Source of the DNA: Octopus vulgaris
Taxonomy: Eukaryota
Reading direction: 5' to 3'
DNA length: 64,000 bases
Assembly (NCBI GenBank): GCA_951406725.2
Contig: OX597815.1
Coordinates: 194,928,001 to 194,992,000, forward strand
The notes beneath the pieces are model-generated. The model had not been told where the DNA came from. It searched no databases and saw nothing but the letters and a program-made list of their open reading frames with translations. This document shows positions 28,500 to 43,390 of this stretch, piece by piece (positions within the stretch are counted from its first letter, which is position 1; each line of letters begins with the position of its first letter). Position numbers and translations under genes: made by a program.

Positions 28500-29156
28500 C
28501 TTAAACAGGTATATTACTCTCATGTATCTTCTCAGATTGTTCCAACGGATTAACAGATAGTGTCATGATTTTTCAAATGTGCCAACACAGATTTCGCGAA
28601 ACCACAGCAAATTAGCAAGATCTTATGTAGAGGGTTCATATATAATTACATTCGGTCTACCTTATCATGCACGTGTAGAAACGAGCAAGAGAAAATACGT
28701 TACTACGTAATCCAGAATAATTAATCATAGTCTGACGGTTTAATTGGACGCAATAAATTTTATACAGGATGTAGTGTCTTCCGTTGTATTCACGTAGATA
28801 GCTGAACATTAATTCACCGAAATGACATTATTTTTAATTCCTTAAAGTTAAAATTTTGATACTTATATCTTACGTAGATTTAAAATACGGCAAACAGTTT
28901 TTGATGCATAAATATAATTCAAGATGAGTTTAGAGGAGGATGTCATTCTCTCCATATTCACTTGCTAAATTATCTGTTCTGATATTGCCTTCATTAAAGC
29001 TAATTTCATAGACAGCGTCGACTAATTGGCATTACTAGACTAATTGTTTAATGATGCTGCAAAGGCTATTAACACACGCTGGTGATTCATTAGATTTCAT
29101 TACATTATAAAGCGCATGCATATCATTCGCATTTCACACCCAAATTGCTACCATAT

Positions 29157-29230
<74 letters not shown>

Positions 29231-29957
29231 ATGTATACATGTATGTATTTATGTATGTAAGCATATATGTATGTATAATTTGCTACTGATATATGCAGAT
29301 TCGGCCATCATATTGGAATGAGCATAAATGCATATTATATAGGTTTATGATAATAATTCCTTAACAAAGGAAACCTATCGACTGTCATGTGCAGAAGAAT
29401 CATGCATTCGCTTTTTGATAGTTGTTAGATTCATGGCATTTCACCAAATTGTAATGATTTGAGCTATTTCAGAAGTCACAGCGATAGCGTTGGTTCTAAA
29501 AATCGTCTAATTTGCTTTGATATTATCGCTTTTGCTCTATAATTGACTCAATTATGATGGAACATAACGACTGGATTTGCAGAGACTGATATATAGAATA
29601 GTAAGATATAACAAATATAGTGCAAAAAGGAAAATCAGACTAATAAATTCATAAATTCTTCTCTTCTGTATTCCATATACATTTTCTATATTTTTATCTC
29701 TTATTTTTTCTATTTTTTTTTTCGTGAATGATAAATCGGAAAACGGAAAATGTTTTGACGTATTTAGTTGTTTGTTTTTGCATTCCGAGTTCAAATCTGC
29801 TTTTAAATTTCCTCGTCACTAATATAGAAAATGCGAAGTGTACTGGTATCAAATAGAAACTGGTATACGTCCAGTTATTTGTATGACTAACGTCCGTCAG
29901 CTCCGACTGTTTGGCTAATTTTTACATGTTAGATTTTCCGAGTTAGTCCCTGCTTAC

Positions 29958-30119
29958 CGTGTTCTCTTCAGTGATGTTCCGCCTGGGATGATGTTTTGTG
30001 TTGGTCTACAACATGCCACATGATCACGGCAAATGAGAGGGTATCTCGCAGAGATGGAGATTGACTAGAAACCTCTTTCTTCAAGATATCGGTGATGGCA
30101 CGCTGCATCTGCTTAAAAC
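29958..30119 (-). pseudogene. Candidate 162-nt symmetric (phase 1-1) exon with one TGA
   Basis: Acceptor cttttcttttag, donor G|gtaagc; FKQMQRAITDILKKEVSSQSPSLRDTLSFAVIMWHVVDQ... Confidence 0.4.
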
Positions 30120-31059
30120 CTAAAAGAAAAGTTGCTAAGCAGGAAGAGTTATGAGACCAACCTGTGCAATTTCGATGGATTATGTCAATACAAAAAAATA
30201 ACATATTAACATTTGCTATTTTTAGGAGAACCCCAGAATATCCAAGAAATGGTAAATATGGCAACTCCCTGCAACAGTGCACGCCCCATCATCTGACCCA
30301 ACCTGCTAACATAAATAGCAATAAAATTTGGATTCGAAGAAATCTCGCTGCACATTTGGAGCCAATCTCGACCTCTTCAAAAGCCATCTTTATTTCTCAT
30401 GATATAAAACAATCTTTGAAGAAAATTCGTCTTTAAACTTCTGCATCAAACTCCCAAACAGTGGCCCTTTTAAAGAAGGTCCTTACAGTGATATACAAAT
30501 CATACTTCGTGGTATTGAATGGCGTTGCATGAAGATAGCCACTTCAAAATTGGCAGAGACAATCAAAACATCTATGAGACAACTAGCGTAACTATGCATA
30601 TCATTATAAAATTACCAGACAGAATATGAAACCCTTTCAATCAAACCTGTAGAATATGATACATAAAGAGAAAGGTCATCGCGAAAGAAAAATGTTAATT
30701 TAAATCTATAAAACAGGAAATAAATAAAAATATAAGTGGGAGAACAGCGCCAATATTTTAGTATTTGCCAATGAAGTTTGAAGGGAGGTGTTTGATTTGA
30801 ACCTTTCTCGAAGAAAATGATAATGTTGATCTATGTGTATAATAAAGAACAAACTGTTGTTGGCAGTGAATATTTCAAAGTTCCAGAAGAGCATGAAAAT
30901 ATGCGAAATACTCTGTATGTAAATCGAAAGGTAAGTTTTTCAATATTCACTTGAAGGTGAGTTAAAAGTTATAGCTAACTGGAGTCGGTGGGTGGAATGA
31001 AGTGAGCTCAATCAACCGCAGCAGAGCATGCGTTTCTTTTTTCTTTTTAAGACAGTAAG

Positions 31060-31627
31060 ACATGATACCAAAGATGTACATATCGTGAACCATTAACGGA
31101 TATGCTCAAATGGTTAAGTTCAGACAACTGACAAACAAATCTGTTGTATTGAGCAGAGTATTTGCTATAGCGCATCTTTAACACCAACACAAAACATGTA
31201 CATGACGGCTCTTCCAATCAGTTAAGATCGGACGCCCTGAGAAACACTGTTTAAAATAGCATCAAGTAATTATTATCAATATCTATAAATCTGAAATGCG
31301 AAAAGTCTGTTTGTCTGGTTTTGGCATTGGAACGGGTTAAAGGGCACTAGATCCCGTTGGATTGACTCCAAAATTTACAGAGATATGTAAAATGAGGTGA
31401 CAATGTCAGTGACCTAGCTTAGAAATTCCGATCCTCAACATATGGCAATGATGCTCCCCACTACCTCTACTCGTGAATCAGGGATGCACATATCGTCAGC
31501 TACTAAGGGACATGCACTAATATTTGTTGTTGCACATCTTTTATACCAAGACAAAACACAATGTACATGTTAGCACTTCCAATCTGTTAACATCAGAATC
31601 CGGGAGAGCCGCTGCTTGATACTGCAT
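31060..31627. mobile_element. Two partial copies of the repeat family at 61672-62210
   Basis: gatgcacatatcgtcagc...caactgacaa.caaatctgt.gtattgagcaga shared. Confidence 0.75.
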
Positions 31628-31990
<363 letters not shown>

Positions 31991-32795
31991 GTGGTGCAAC
32001 AACATCAAGTAACAATATCATGTGTATGGCGGCGTATCAAATATTTTCAGTTATTTTTGCTTTCCTTCCTACGTTACCATAAAATTCACATGTCACCATA
32101 TGTAATGGCTGAATGCTATCACATAAATAATCATTCAATATATTTTGGTATTAATCAATATTTACACTACAAACATCTGTCTTTTAAAAGCCAGACATCT
32201 CCCATATATCTAATCGCACCCAGAAATACCTCAATCTCACTTATCGTTTCTGCTTATGAAACATACGCGAGTATTTAGTCCTGAAATCAATAATGACCAC
32301 TACTCAATAATAAATTATTAAGAATATAGCAGCAACCTTACGGTACAGCAATTTCGATAGCATAAATATTCGATCTAATATGTACGAAACACATTGAAAT
32401 TTTGATCTTCGGCGTATGTCGAAACTCAGAGCTATATAAACTTCAGCTGTAGTCTAGGATGCCTTTTCATGTTTCATGTTGCAAGTTATTAGTTCTGTAC
32501 ACTACAAAAATTAGGTACACTAAAAATATTCCTTAGACTTCATTATTGTGCATTTAGTTAGTTTCCTTTTATTCACAAACGGATCATCCCTGATTAAGTA
32601 CACTTTGTGAGCGCTATATAAAATGCACTGAACGCGATAATCTCACAATTATATATATATTTCTTTCCTTATTTTCCCCTAAAATGATAAAATGTGGTTT
32701 GTGATACACACCCCTAGTATTTTTTGTGTTTCGTGTTAGAACGTTGGTGAAGCTCACACATACATACATACATACATACATACATACATACATAC

Positions 32796-32937
32796 ATTTG
32801 ACTGCGGCCATGCTGGGGCACTTTGTAAGCCCAGTACTTATTCTATCGGTCTCTTTTACCGAACCGCTAAGTAACGGGGACATAAACACAACGGCATCGG
32901 TTGTCAAGCAATGCTAGGGGGACAAACACAGACACAC

Positions 32938-33013
<76 letters not shown>

Positions 33014-33191
33014 TATATACATATATACGACAGGCTTCTTTTCGGTTTCCGTCTACCAAATCCACTCACAAGGCTTTGGTCGGCCCGAGGCTATAGTAGA
33101 AGACACTTGCCCAAGGTTTCACGCAGTGGGACTGAACCCGGAACCATATGGTTGGTAAACAAGCTACTTACCACACAGCCACTCCTGCGCC
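32796..33191 (-). mobile_element. SINE family A
   Basis: Matches other family A copies. Confidence 0.9.
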
Positions 33192-34614
33192 TATACATAC
33201 ATACATACATACATGCAAACATATATACATACACACATACATGCAAACAGATATACGCAAGCGTACGCGAGCATACATACACACAGATAGATAATAGTTG
33301 AGTGAACATAGAAAAGGTGGCAGCACTGAGCACATTTGTTTGGTGTTATGTGACTAATAGCAATTTGATTATGTGACGTTAGCTCCATATTTTAAGCTGC
33401 TTCCTGCGGTCAGTGTGCCACCAGCTTCCTACGAAGAACCTTTCCGAACACGTGGACATAAACTTAAATCTCATTTAACCAATAGAGCCCTAAGCAGTTA
33501 GAAGCCATCTGGGATTTGCTTCCATCCTTGAACCCTGCAGCCGAACATTTGATGAGATGGATGTTTCTTACACGCCAACCGGAAGTTTATTCGTACACAT
33601 ACGCATAGACCACGATCTTCTCCAAATTTCTATCTGCCAAAAATCCACATGCATCTTTTCAAGATGAAGAAATATGAGACCGAACCTCGGAATTGTTTCT
33701 TTAACTTATGAATTTCTAATGCATCCAATGATTGATTTCCTAATAGGGGATGCCTGAAATGTCTAACTGAATTTATGTGTCATCCAAAACAACATTCATT
33801 TCAAAATAGAAATATGTGCAAAAAAAGAGAAAAAAAAACGTAAAAAAAAAGAAAGGAAAAAAGACGTACGGAGACAAACTTTATCGTCTGCATGGATAGC
33901 AATTTTATCGTCTGCCAATAAATCTAAATTCAAGTCTCACACTGACTTTCAGACTTTCAAATGTCTTCTCTTTAGTCTGGAATGTATTCAGCTTCAGGCA
34001 TTTTTTTCCAGTTTTTTCTATAATCATTATAATCTGACTATACTGATCAACTAAAATAAATAAATAAATAGATAAATAAATTTATAATATAAGATAGTTT
34101 ATATGTAAGATACTGTAATTTAAATTGCGTTTTACTGCAGAACTATGATCATTTCGTCTTATATAATATTTCCACCGCCAAAGTATTGGACCATCAAAAA
34201 ACATAGATTATAGCGCACCAATTCGTTACCTATAATAAATTATTATAAACTGCATTGCGTAATACTCAATGCAAGAAAAGTAATGCCAGGTACTCAGATG
34301 ACACTTTGAATATACTCATGCCTCGTCTGATTACAAGTTTCATTCAACCAAATGTAAGTTATATACAATTTACAAAGTCTTCAAATTCAAAGGTCCTGAA
34401 TAAATTAGTATTCATTTTATTAACATGAACTCCTCTAAGGCGAGATTTCAAGGTGGTGGTTTTGTCTAAAGATCCGGTGAGTGTTACGCGTATGACTAGA
34501 ACTGGTTTCTGAAAACAGTAAGAAGAAATACCAAAACATTCTCTGAGAACATTCTGGATTTTTTTTCGTTACAACACAATGAACACTGCTGAACGTATAC
34601 ACGGGTCCCTTCCT

Positions 34615-34908
34615 TCTCGAGCCTTGCCTGGCTCATAAGGGCCGGTTTCCCGGTTTCGCTGACGTATAGATTCCCCACCATGACGGAACGCCTGTCCGTC
34701 GCAGGTGAACTGCAAGGTGCAGGCGGAAAGAGTGAGAGAAAGTTGTGGCGAAAGAGTCAGCAGAACTTTCGCCGTTACCTTCTGTCGGAGCCGCTTGGAG
34801 CTTAGGTGTTTTCGCTCATAAGCACACACATCGCCCCGTCTGAGATTCGACCCCGCGATCTCTCAACCGCGAGTCCGCTGCTCTAACCACTGGGCCATGT
34901 GCTTTCAC
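34615..34908 (-). mobile_element. SINE with C1-type head and C2-type tail
   Basis: Head matches 23173; tail (ccggtttcccggtttc, gcctggctcat) matches 20333 and 54388. Confidence 0.8.
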
Positions 34909-34976
34909 ATACACGGGTCATGTGCTCATGTTAAGCCGGGTGAGAAATTCCATCTATAGTCGAAGAACAATGAACA

Positions 34977-35076
34977 NNNNNNNNNNNNNNNNNNNNNNNN
35001 NNNNNNNNNNNNNNNNNNNNNNNNNNNNNNNNNNNNNNNNNNNNNNNNNNNNNNNNNNNNNNNNNNNNNNNNNNNN
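34977..35076. other. Assembly gap (100 N)
   Basis: Run of N. Confidence 1.
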
Positions 35077-36211
35077 TGGATTAAATTATGTTTAATGAAA
35101 ATATGGTAGGTGGTGTACGTGAGCACTGATACTGTGAATTTGATAGTTCAAAATTCAGAAGTATTCTCGCTAAAATCAAAAAAACTAACGTTCTGGTCAG
35201 CATAGACTGGCACAACATACAGAACCGAAAGAGATATTAGCGATGTACACATGGTACATAAACATACACACATACTGAAAAAATTACACACACAAACATA
35301 CACAATGAAGTGTGTCCATGAAAGCGTAACATAATTCAATACTTTAGATGATTGCCTCGATACGGTTACTGATTTCAGTCTAGTATTTACTAAATGTATT
35401 CATGTATATTTTCGGATCTGTTATTCAACACTTTTTACATTGATTGGACATTCAGCCTAAGATACGCTGTCTGAAGTAACGACAGTTTTAGCATGAACGG
35501 AGATGCGGTGACTGATAGGAAAACAGTTTTATATTGTTTTCATTTCTTGTTCTTTTGTTCTAGATGTCTTTACCAAAATAGTTCAGGTTATGTTGTCATA
35601 TATGTTCAGGTATTTAAGCTTGGTTGGAGTTGGGAATATTGCAGTAAATATTATTGCTATAGAAAAGATAAGGAAATTGTAATAACTTGTTGGAAATTAA
35701 CTGTAAAAATAATTGACAACATATTTATTTTAGAGATAGTTTTGATATTGGGATATGATATTGTTGTTACGTTGTTGCTTTTAGAAAGTGTTAGACTGGG
35801 AACAGACAAGACGAAAGAATATTTTGTTGTTTTATTATTTTTCTTATGTGTCTGTTTATATTTATTTTCGCATCCTGCAGTATCTAATTTTGTTCTTTGA
35901 AGTCCCATCTCGTCTTCATGTTTATCCTCGTTACGATATGATTCAGTGGCTTTTAGCTAAATTTCAAGAATTCAATATAGAGCCTCATTTTTAAGCTTGC
36001 TGCTTGTATAATAATTGATATTGTCAGTAAAATTCATTAACGGTTAGTGTTTGTTTTGTTCATTAAAGCGAACGTGCTGCTTGAATTAGAGGTCGCTAAT
36101 TGCGACTGGCTGTGTGCATATGTGTATATTTGCACGTTTTTTCCTGTATATGGAGAATACATATATATAATTATATCTCTATGCACACATACATATGCAC
36201 ATTTATGCATA

Positions 36212-36257
<46 letters not shown>

Positions 36258-36259
36258 TA

Positions 36260-38402
36260 GTAAGGTTTACTACGAAGTGGCATATCACTGCCTTTAATTC
36301 TTTAATTTATATAGTGTCTTACGTGACCACCACATATTTGAGTTACACCAATTAGTAACCGTTGCAATTGTAAACCTAATCTAAAATCAGCGCAGTCCAT
36401 TCATGGTCTTTACTTCGTATCCTTCGATTTAGGCGTTTAAAGATTTTCTTTTATCAACTCTGCGTTGTATAAAGTAGAGCTCTCCGTTAAGTTAGATGCG
36501 AACAGAATCCATTTTAAGTTTTCATTGCATAATTATGTTTAGTCCATTATTCATTTATACTTGGCAAACGTGATTTTCCCCATGTGTCTAGAATTTACTA
36601 TATTACGCTTGGATGTGAAAATCCATTCAAATTCTTCTAAACATACGTTACATCTATTGCTTTGTATGGCCTTGCAGTACAAATTAATTCCCATTTAATA
36701 GTATAGTCTTCGTTGCCGTCCTTAAACAACTAGATTAGTTTGCTGAGACTCGTTTAGAACCTTTTAAGTTTGTCGTTAAACGAACTCAAAGGCTTTGACA
36801 GTCTCCTCCAGAAAATTAATGATGTCCCACCGAGGTAAAGGAATTCCTTACACTCAGATGTAACTTTACATCTATACATTACATTTTTAAACTTACACTT
36901 ATTTTCCAAATTCCAGGATTCCCGTTTAGAACAATTGCAAAGATAATCTCATGTATTTCTCTCAGATTTAGTTTTAATTTTATCATTCATTAAAGAATTA
37001 AATTCATTTTGACCAAGTTCTTTATTACTATTTACTCCTTTAGATAATTTTATCTTGGTTCTAATTCTAGCTGAACTTTTATTCGATTTAAAGTTATTAA
37101 CTATGTTAAATCGGGTTGTTTAATTTTCTACGGCAGCTAAATTCCTAGCGTTCCTTTCTCTTTACTCTTTTCTCTTTTACTCTTTTACTTGTTACAGTCA
37201 TGTGACTGTGGTCATTCTGGAGCACTGCCTTTAGTCGAGCAAATCGACCACAGGACTTATTCTTTGTAATCCCAGTACTTATCTATCAGTCTCTTTTGCC
37301 GAACCGCTAAGTTACGGGGACATAAACACGCCAGCATCGGTTTCAAGCGATGTTGGGGGAACAAGCACACACACACAAACGCACACATACACACACACGC
37401 CTTGGTCGGCCCGAGGTTATAGTAGAAGACACTTGCCCAAGGTGCCACGCAGTGGGACTGAACCCGGTACCATGTGGTTTGTAAGCAAGCTTCTTACAAA
37501 ACAGCCACTTCTGCGCCTATATTTGATTATTTTTTAATTCGGTTGTACGTTATCATGCTTATTATTTACTACGCTATTCTGATTATAATCGCTTTTTTGA
37601 AATTTCGATATAATTTTAGCATTATATGTTGCTATAACTTGTGACAAAAAGCCATTCTAATCTTATGTCTATTACAAATTTTGTAATAATCGTGATTGAC
37701 TGGAAAATAATTTTGAATTGCTATATTAAACGATGTGAAAACTTGTAATTTACCTGTTACCAAGTACAATAATTAAACATCAAGTATTCTTCGAGTTAAG
37801 ACCATAACCGTGATGCTTATACCAGTTTCTCAAAGTAGTAAGGATTCTCTGATTTCGATCATTATTAAAGTTGGTGTTTATTTTACTTTTACCCTTATAT
37901 CTTTCAGTTGCTCTTTTATGGACTTCTATATTTGATTGTAAGTCCCCATTTCTACTTTTCTCTTATTAGTAGATTAGTTTATAGTACTAGGTTTTAGATC
38001 TGCATTATAAAAATTACTATTTAAATCAGATTCGTTATTTGACATTTAAACTCAATTTTATCCTTATATCCCGCTTTCCTAAGTACCAATTTATAGTCGT
38101 CTTCATTAAGGTTAAAAATATTTTCATTTGCTGATTATTTAGTTATTCTAGACGAAATATTCTTCATTAGTGAGCTTGTTACTTATTTGTGATGATTACT
38201 TCCAATACTTTTCTATTTTATGTTTCCATTAGGTTTATGAAAGGTTTAATAAATTCCCTTCTAATCTCCAAGGTAATATCTAAGAAATTAACAGAGTCAT
38301 GTTCATCTTCTATCATTACAGAGAAACCTACATTTTTAAAGAGTCTAAAAAATATCTTTCTATGTTTTTCTAAGATTCTACTAGATGTATTTACAATTGT
38401 AA
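36260..38402 (-). mobile_element. Penelope-like retroelement remnant: RT C-terminal half plus C-terminal GIY-YIG endonuclease (resembles Hydra clade)
   Basis: RLFKNVGFSVMIE..DSVNFLDITLE; YKLVLRKAGYKDKIEF; LCNCSKRESWNLENKCKFKNVMYRCKVT..FLYLGGT..SSF..TSLSKLI*..IKWELI..ARPY. Flanked by (TA)n and interrupted by a SINE. Confidence 0.8.
37155..37517 (-). mobile_element. SINE family A (internal deletion) nested in the Penelope-like element
   Basis: Matches family A but lacks the (AT)n-adjacent segment. Confidence 0.88.
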
Positions 38403-38417
38403 ATATATATGTGTGTG

Positions 38418-38453
<36 letters not shown>

Positions 38454-39898
38454 ACCATCCTGAAAATTCACATCGTTTGCAAATGTCACGATATCTTTAA
38501 GAATTTTATGAAGACTCTGCGTGAGGAAATCTTATAAATCTCAGATGCCCTATGCCCGCCGAACTTTGTTTCCAAGCACCATTCAAATTTGAGTATTTCG
38601 TTTCATCCTATATCTGAGCTCTCCTAACTACGGTGACCCTGGTATTGAGCGTCCTCCAAAAGACTCCTACTATTGCTTTATTTCTTCAAACGGCATAATG
38701 TTTGAAAGATCTCATCGAACATCCCTCGAAATCACCTATCAGATCATTAACTAGACCAATGGAACAATAAGTTTAGTAATCAATTCTACTTTCAGGTTAC
38801 TAGGAAACTCATTTGAGAACATTAGATAGGCTTCGTGTATTATGAAAAGAAGTAATGTTTTGCTAAAAATATGTCTGTCGCAGTATTTTTCTAGATCAAG
38901 ATAAAAGAGTTAGATATACACATCTGTCTAATTGTATTGATTTTACTGTTTACTCTCAAGCCGATCCTCCATGTTGTAAGACCGAAGATGGTTTCACCTT
39001 GGCTTATATTTGATACTGATTTGTTTATTTCCTTCGTTATTTTGCCATCGTGTTTTGGTAATGCAGCGATAATGTATTGGCAATGGTGGTGTGCAGTGGT
39101 TGCATTAGTTTTCAGTGCACAGCAGATATTAGTGGTGGTAAAGTTTGATTTATATCTATCTATACTTCTACTTGTCTTTATGTCTGTCCTGATATAAATT
39201 GTGTATTCCTCTCTCCCAATACATACATACATCCACAATCACCCACACAAAACAAACACACGGGAGGCTTCAGAAGTAAGTATACAGTTATGAATAAAAA
39301 ACAATGTGTTCAATACTCAAATTAAAATAAAAGTATTATGATAGCCATGATAAATATGTTATTGTGATTAATGACACTGAAAATATCAAAAATGAAGCTA
39401 ACTTATAATTGCATTAATTCAAATAAATACTTGTGTATTGTACGTGTATTTTTTTTCATAACTGTATACCAAATTTTACAAATATATATATATATATTAT
39501 ATGTATACCAAATATATATATACGTATACATAAGGTTTGACGCATTGGTGTAAATATTCTTTATCGCCAACTACTTTCAGCTCCAGGATACATTTTCACT
39601 ATTTGAAACATTCTTTGATGTGTGGCATTTGATGAATGAGGGAATTCGATGTTGCCGCTCTCATCTGCATCTCCTAATCTAGGAAATGTTCTGATCGGAT
39701 TAATTTTGTTAATTTTTCCTTTTATCCTTTGGATTGATGTGTTTTGGTACTTTACTTAAACACTTGCTCTTTCAAATATGTGTACACGTTCTGCGAATTT
39801 TCGGAGTTGAATCTTTACTTGATAGTGGATACGAGGATTATTATTCGTCATTCATAAATGTAAGAATACCCCTCTCCCACATCATACACACACGAAAT

Positions 39899-39941
<43 letters not shown>

Positions 39942-39986
39942 ATGCGTGTGTATATATGTAAATATATATATATTAGTGTGTGTGTA

Positions 39987-40029
<43 letters not shown>

Positions 40030-40078
40030 GTGTATACATACGTATATATTTTGTTTATTTTCATAAAGCTTCCCGTTT

Positions 40079-40109
<31 letters not shown>

Positions 40110-40180
40110 TTGTGTGTGCGTATATATATATATATACAAATATACATACATACATATATATATACACAAATATACATACA

Positions 40181-40267
<87 letters not shown>

Positions 40268-40708
40268 ATATGTATATATGTATGTATGTATTTACACCAA
40301 AAACAAATTAGTTATATGGCGCCTATTATGTCTGTTGTGTACTACATTCTCAAATGCGAAGAACCCCGTCTCTAATGTGTATATATGTATTATGTTTGGA
40401 AGTCTTGAAGCACAACACAACACAATTATAAGTTGTTTTATGATGCATCGTAAATTCTGAAACCAATGAAAATTCCGAGATGGAAATTGTCGATACTGTT
40501 GATAGAATTAGGTTGAAATTTGTGCAGATGCATTCGTTATAGCATCTTGCATGCCGCATCTCGTATTTATCTGTTGTATGGGTCAGGAGTTTGGACTGGT
40601 TGGCAAGAACAAGCAACTTATTACTGACAAACTCGTAACGAATGCACAAAATGTGTACGCTCTAAAAGAATGAGATGCAGCGTAGATAGGTAATTAAATA
40701 TGTATGCA

Positions 40709-40739
<31 letters not shown>

Positions 40740-41239
40740 GGTGAAACATTATGTGGAATTGTCAATATTGCAACAGGGAGCCATATCTCAATTTGATATT
40801 AGAAAGGGAAGAAATGAAACCTATGAAGTAGCAGGATCTGTATATGCAGGCTTGAAATATGCATTCAATTAGGTTGATATATTGCCAGTGGTGTGAGGAT
40901 TTCTAGGTCGGACAAATTAGATTAGTGTAAAATATAGCTTAGATTGGAAATTTGAAGGAATATGTCATTCAATCATCAACAGTTGGAATGGTTTGCATAC
41001 TGCAAAAAGAATGTGGTCTTTAAACTGAATGGAAAGTACCAAAAAAAAAAAAAGAAAAACAAACCACAAAAATACTAAGAAGTAGGTTGTACATAGGGCG
41101 ATATGGTAAACCTTTCTGCATACTAAAGTTATTAATTTCTGTTATATTTTCTTAAAACTATGAAGAGAAATATTACGTTACAATAGGAATTCATAATTCT
41201 ACAACTATTGGTGCTGCTTTCACTACTACTTACTACCAG

Positions 41240-41300
<61 letters not shown>

Positions 41301-41311
41301 GCTGATGCTGT

Positions 41312-41352
<41 letters not shown>

Positions 41353-41384
41353 TTTTACCTTCGACGGGATAATTGTTTTGACAA

Positions 41385-42430
41385 AAAGAACGGAAGTTTC
41401 ATAAATATAATGAAGAAACATGAAGAAATAACAATCTTCTATATAGACAAGGAAGTGATAAAATACAAAACAGAATAAGATGACACTGAAACGATAAAAT
41501 TAGAAAACATAAATTCAACAAACATTGTTAATGTGACAGAAACAATATCAAAAGGAAATTACAAATCATATTCGAGATGAAACAGAGCTAAAACCCATTC
41601 CATGGTCAATAACCTTTACATCTCGATAGACTAGAAGTAAATGAACTTAAATAATAAATGGTTAAAGAAACACGAATGGAGGACTGATTCCTGGTGCACA
41701 ATACAAATAAATATAAGAAAAGTATCATGAAATCAGACAACAAAATGAAATTCGGAATATACAACCCGCACAATGAGACATTATATTCGGTCGTTCAGTC
41801 CTTGCCAACTCTGAATATGCACTCGGGAAGTATCGATGTGAAAATGAATGAATGATACAAGCATGTAAAAAACGACGATCACCTGGTATCGATTATATGA
41901 GAAATGCTGCACCAAACATACCAAGAGATCAATTCTACTAATACAAACATACTAATAAATGCCTGTTTAAAAAAAAAAAAAGTATGTAAACTGATAGATA
42001 TTTCAATCATTTCTGATGAAATATTTACCAAAGGATTTGGTTTGCAAGATTCGTTATATGAGTTGGTGTGTTGAAACATATTCTGTTGTGTCTGGGGATT
42101 GTCACTTTCTTTTTGTGCCTTATAATGTAATAGTCAAGACTATTGAAAAGGTTGCAAGACGCAACGAAAATTTTAGGGAACTAAAAATAAGAAATAAGTG
42201 GAAATTTTACCGGTGAGTGTGTTACATTCGAAGACACAAAAAAAAAAAAATTTCTTTCCCCAGACACAACAGAATTTACCAAAGGGAAATGGATAAATTA
42301 TCCAAATAAAAAGATCTTGAAACTGAAATAATTAAAATATTGGACACAAAGATGAAAGCAATAAAACTAAATGTTGGTACATTAGGTATGATTAAAAGTA
42401 CAGAGAAACCAAAGCACTCAAAAGCAACTT
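41385..42430 (+). mobile_element. Degenerate R4/Dong-clade LINE fragment, locally rearranged
   Basis: Residual KP.HGQ, EGLIPGAQ, IKILDTKMKAIKLNVGTLGMIK motifs; follows a (TAC)n tract. Confidence 0.55.
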
Positions 42431-42519
42431 AATATAGAATGATTTTCGTCATTTTTCCCCTTCTACCTGCGTGGTTTGCTTTCGAGTGCTTTGGTTTCTC
42501 TGGGATCTCCCTTTAAAGT

Positions 42520-42712
42520 AGAAAGAATAGCCAAGATTTTGACCGCTATTTCTAAACTTCAGAATGTGGTGAGGCAAATCGTAACTGAACCCTAATTATT
42601 TAGTATTACTTAACTTACCATGAATTGGACTTTTACATGCCGAATTCTACTTGGTAAAATTACTGATTACTTCGTAACTAAATTAATTTCACCCTTTGTT
42701 ATATATTATTAT

Positions 42713-42715
<3 letters not shown>
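42520..42715 (-). mobile_element. Diverged relative of the 9483-9660 repeat
   Basis: gctatttctaaa, actgaaccct, cttggtaaaatta, aattaattt.accctt shared; ends at (TA)n. Confidence 0.6.
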
Positions 42716-42767
<52 letters not shown>

Positions 42768-43074
42768 CCTAATAATGTAAAACAAAAAAAGACACTGACA
42801 CAACATATCCTATACAAAATGAAGACTCAATAAAATAAGACAACCTACATTGCACATAGCACACTGCAGTGAACACTGTCTTAACAAAGTAATAAAAAAG
42901 AAACAATAGACTACGCATCATATCATAACGAACAGATTCCGTCCACCCCAATTAGGTTAAGTGCAAAATGCAGCAGAAGACTTAGGTGTACGGATGTGTG
43001 ACAGGTGGTGGAGTAGCAGCTTGCGTGAAACTAATTTGAAATATAATAAAATAATCATAATAAAGAAACGCTTC

Positions 43075-43332
<258 letters not shown>

Positions 43333-43390
43333 GTACGTTTATATATTTGTTGTGCAAGATTTTTTATGTGAAGTCGTGTGTTGAAACAGA

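Noticed and set aside
35493-35994. Overlapping AT-rich ORFs after the gap
   Set aside because: No identifiable motifs; probably decayed repeat.
39540-39900. Possible PLE-type repeat with TTGATGA and a stem
   Set aside because: No adjacent GAAA or closing stems.
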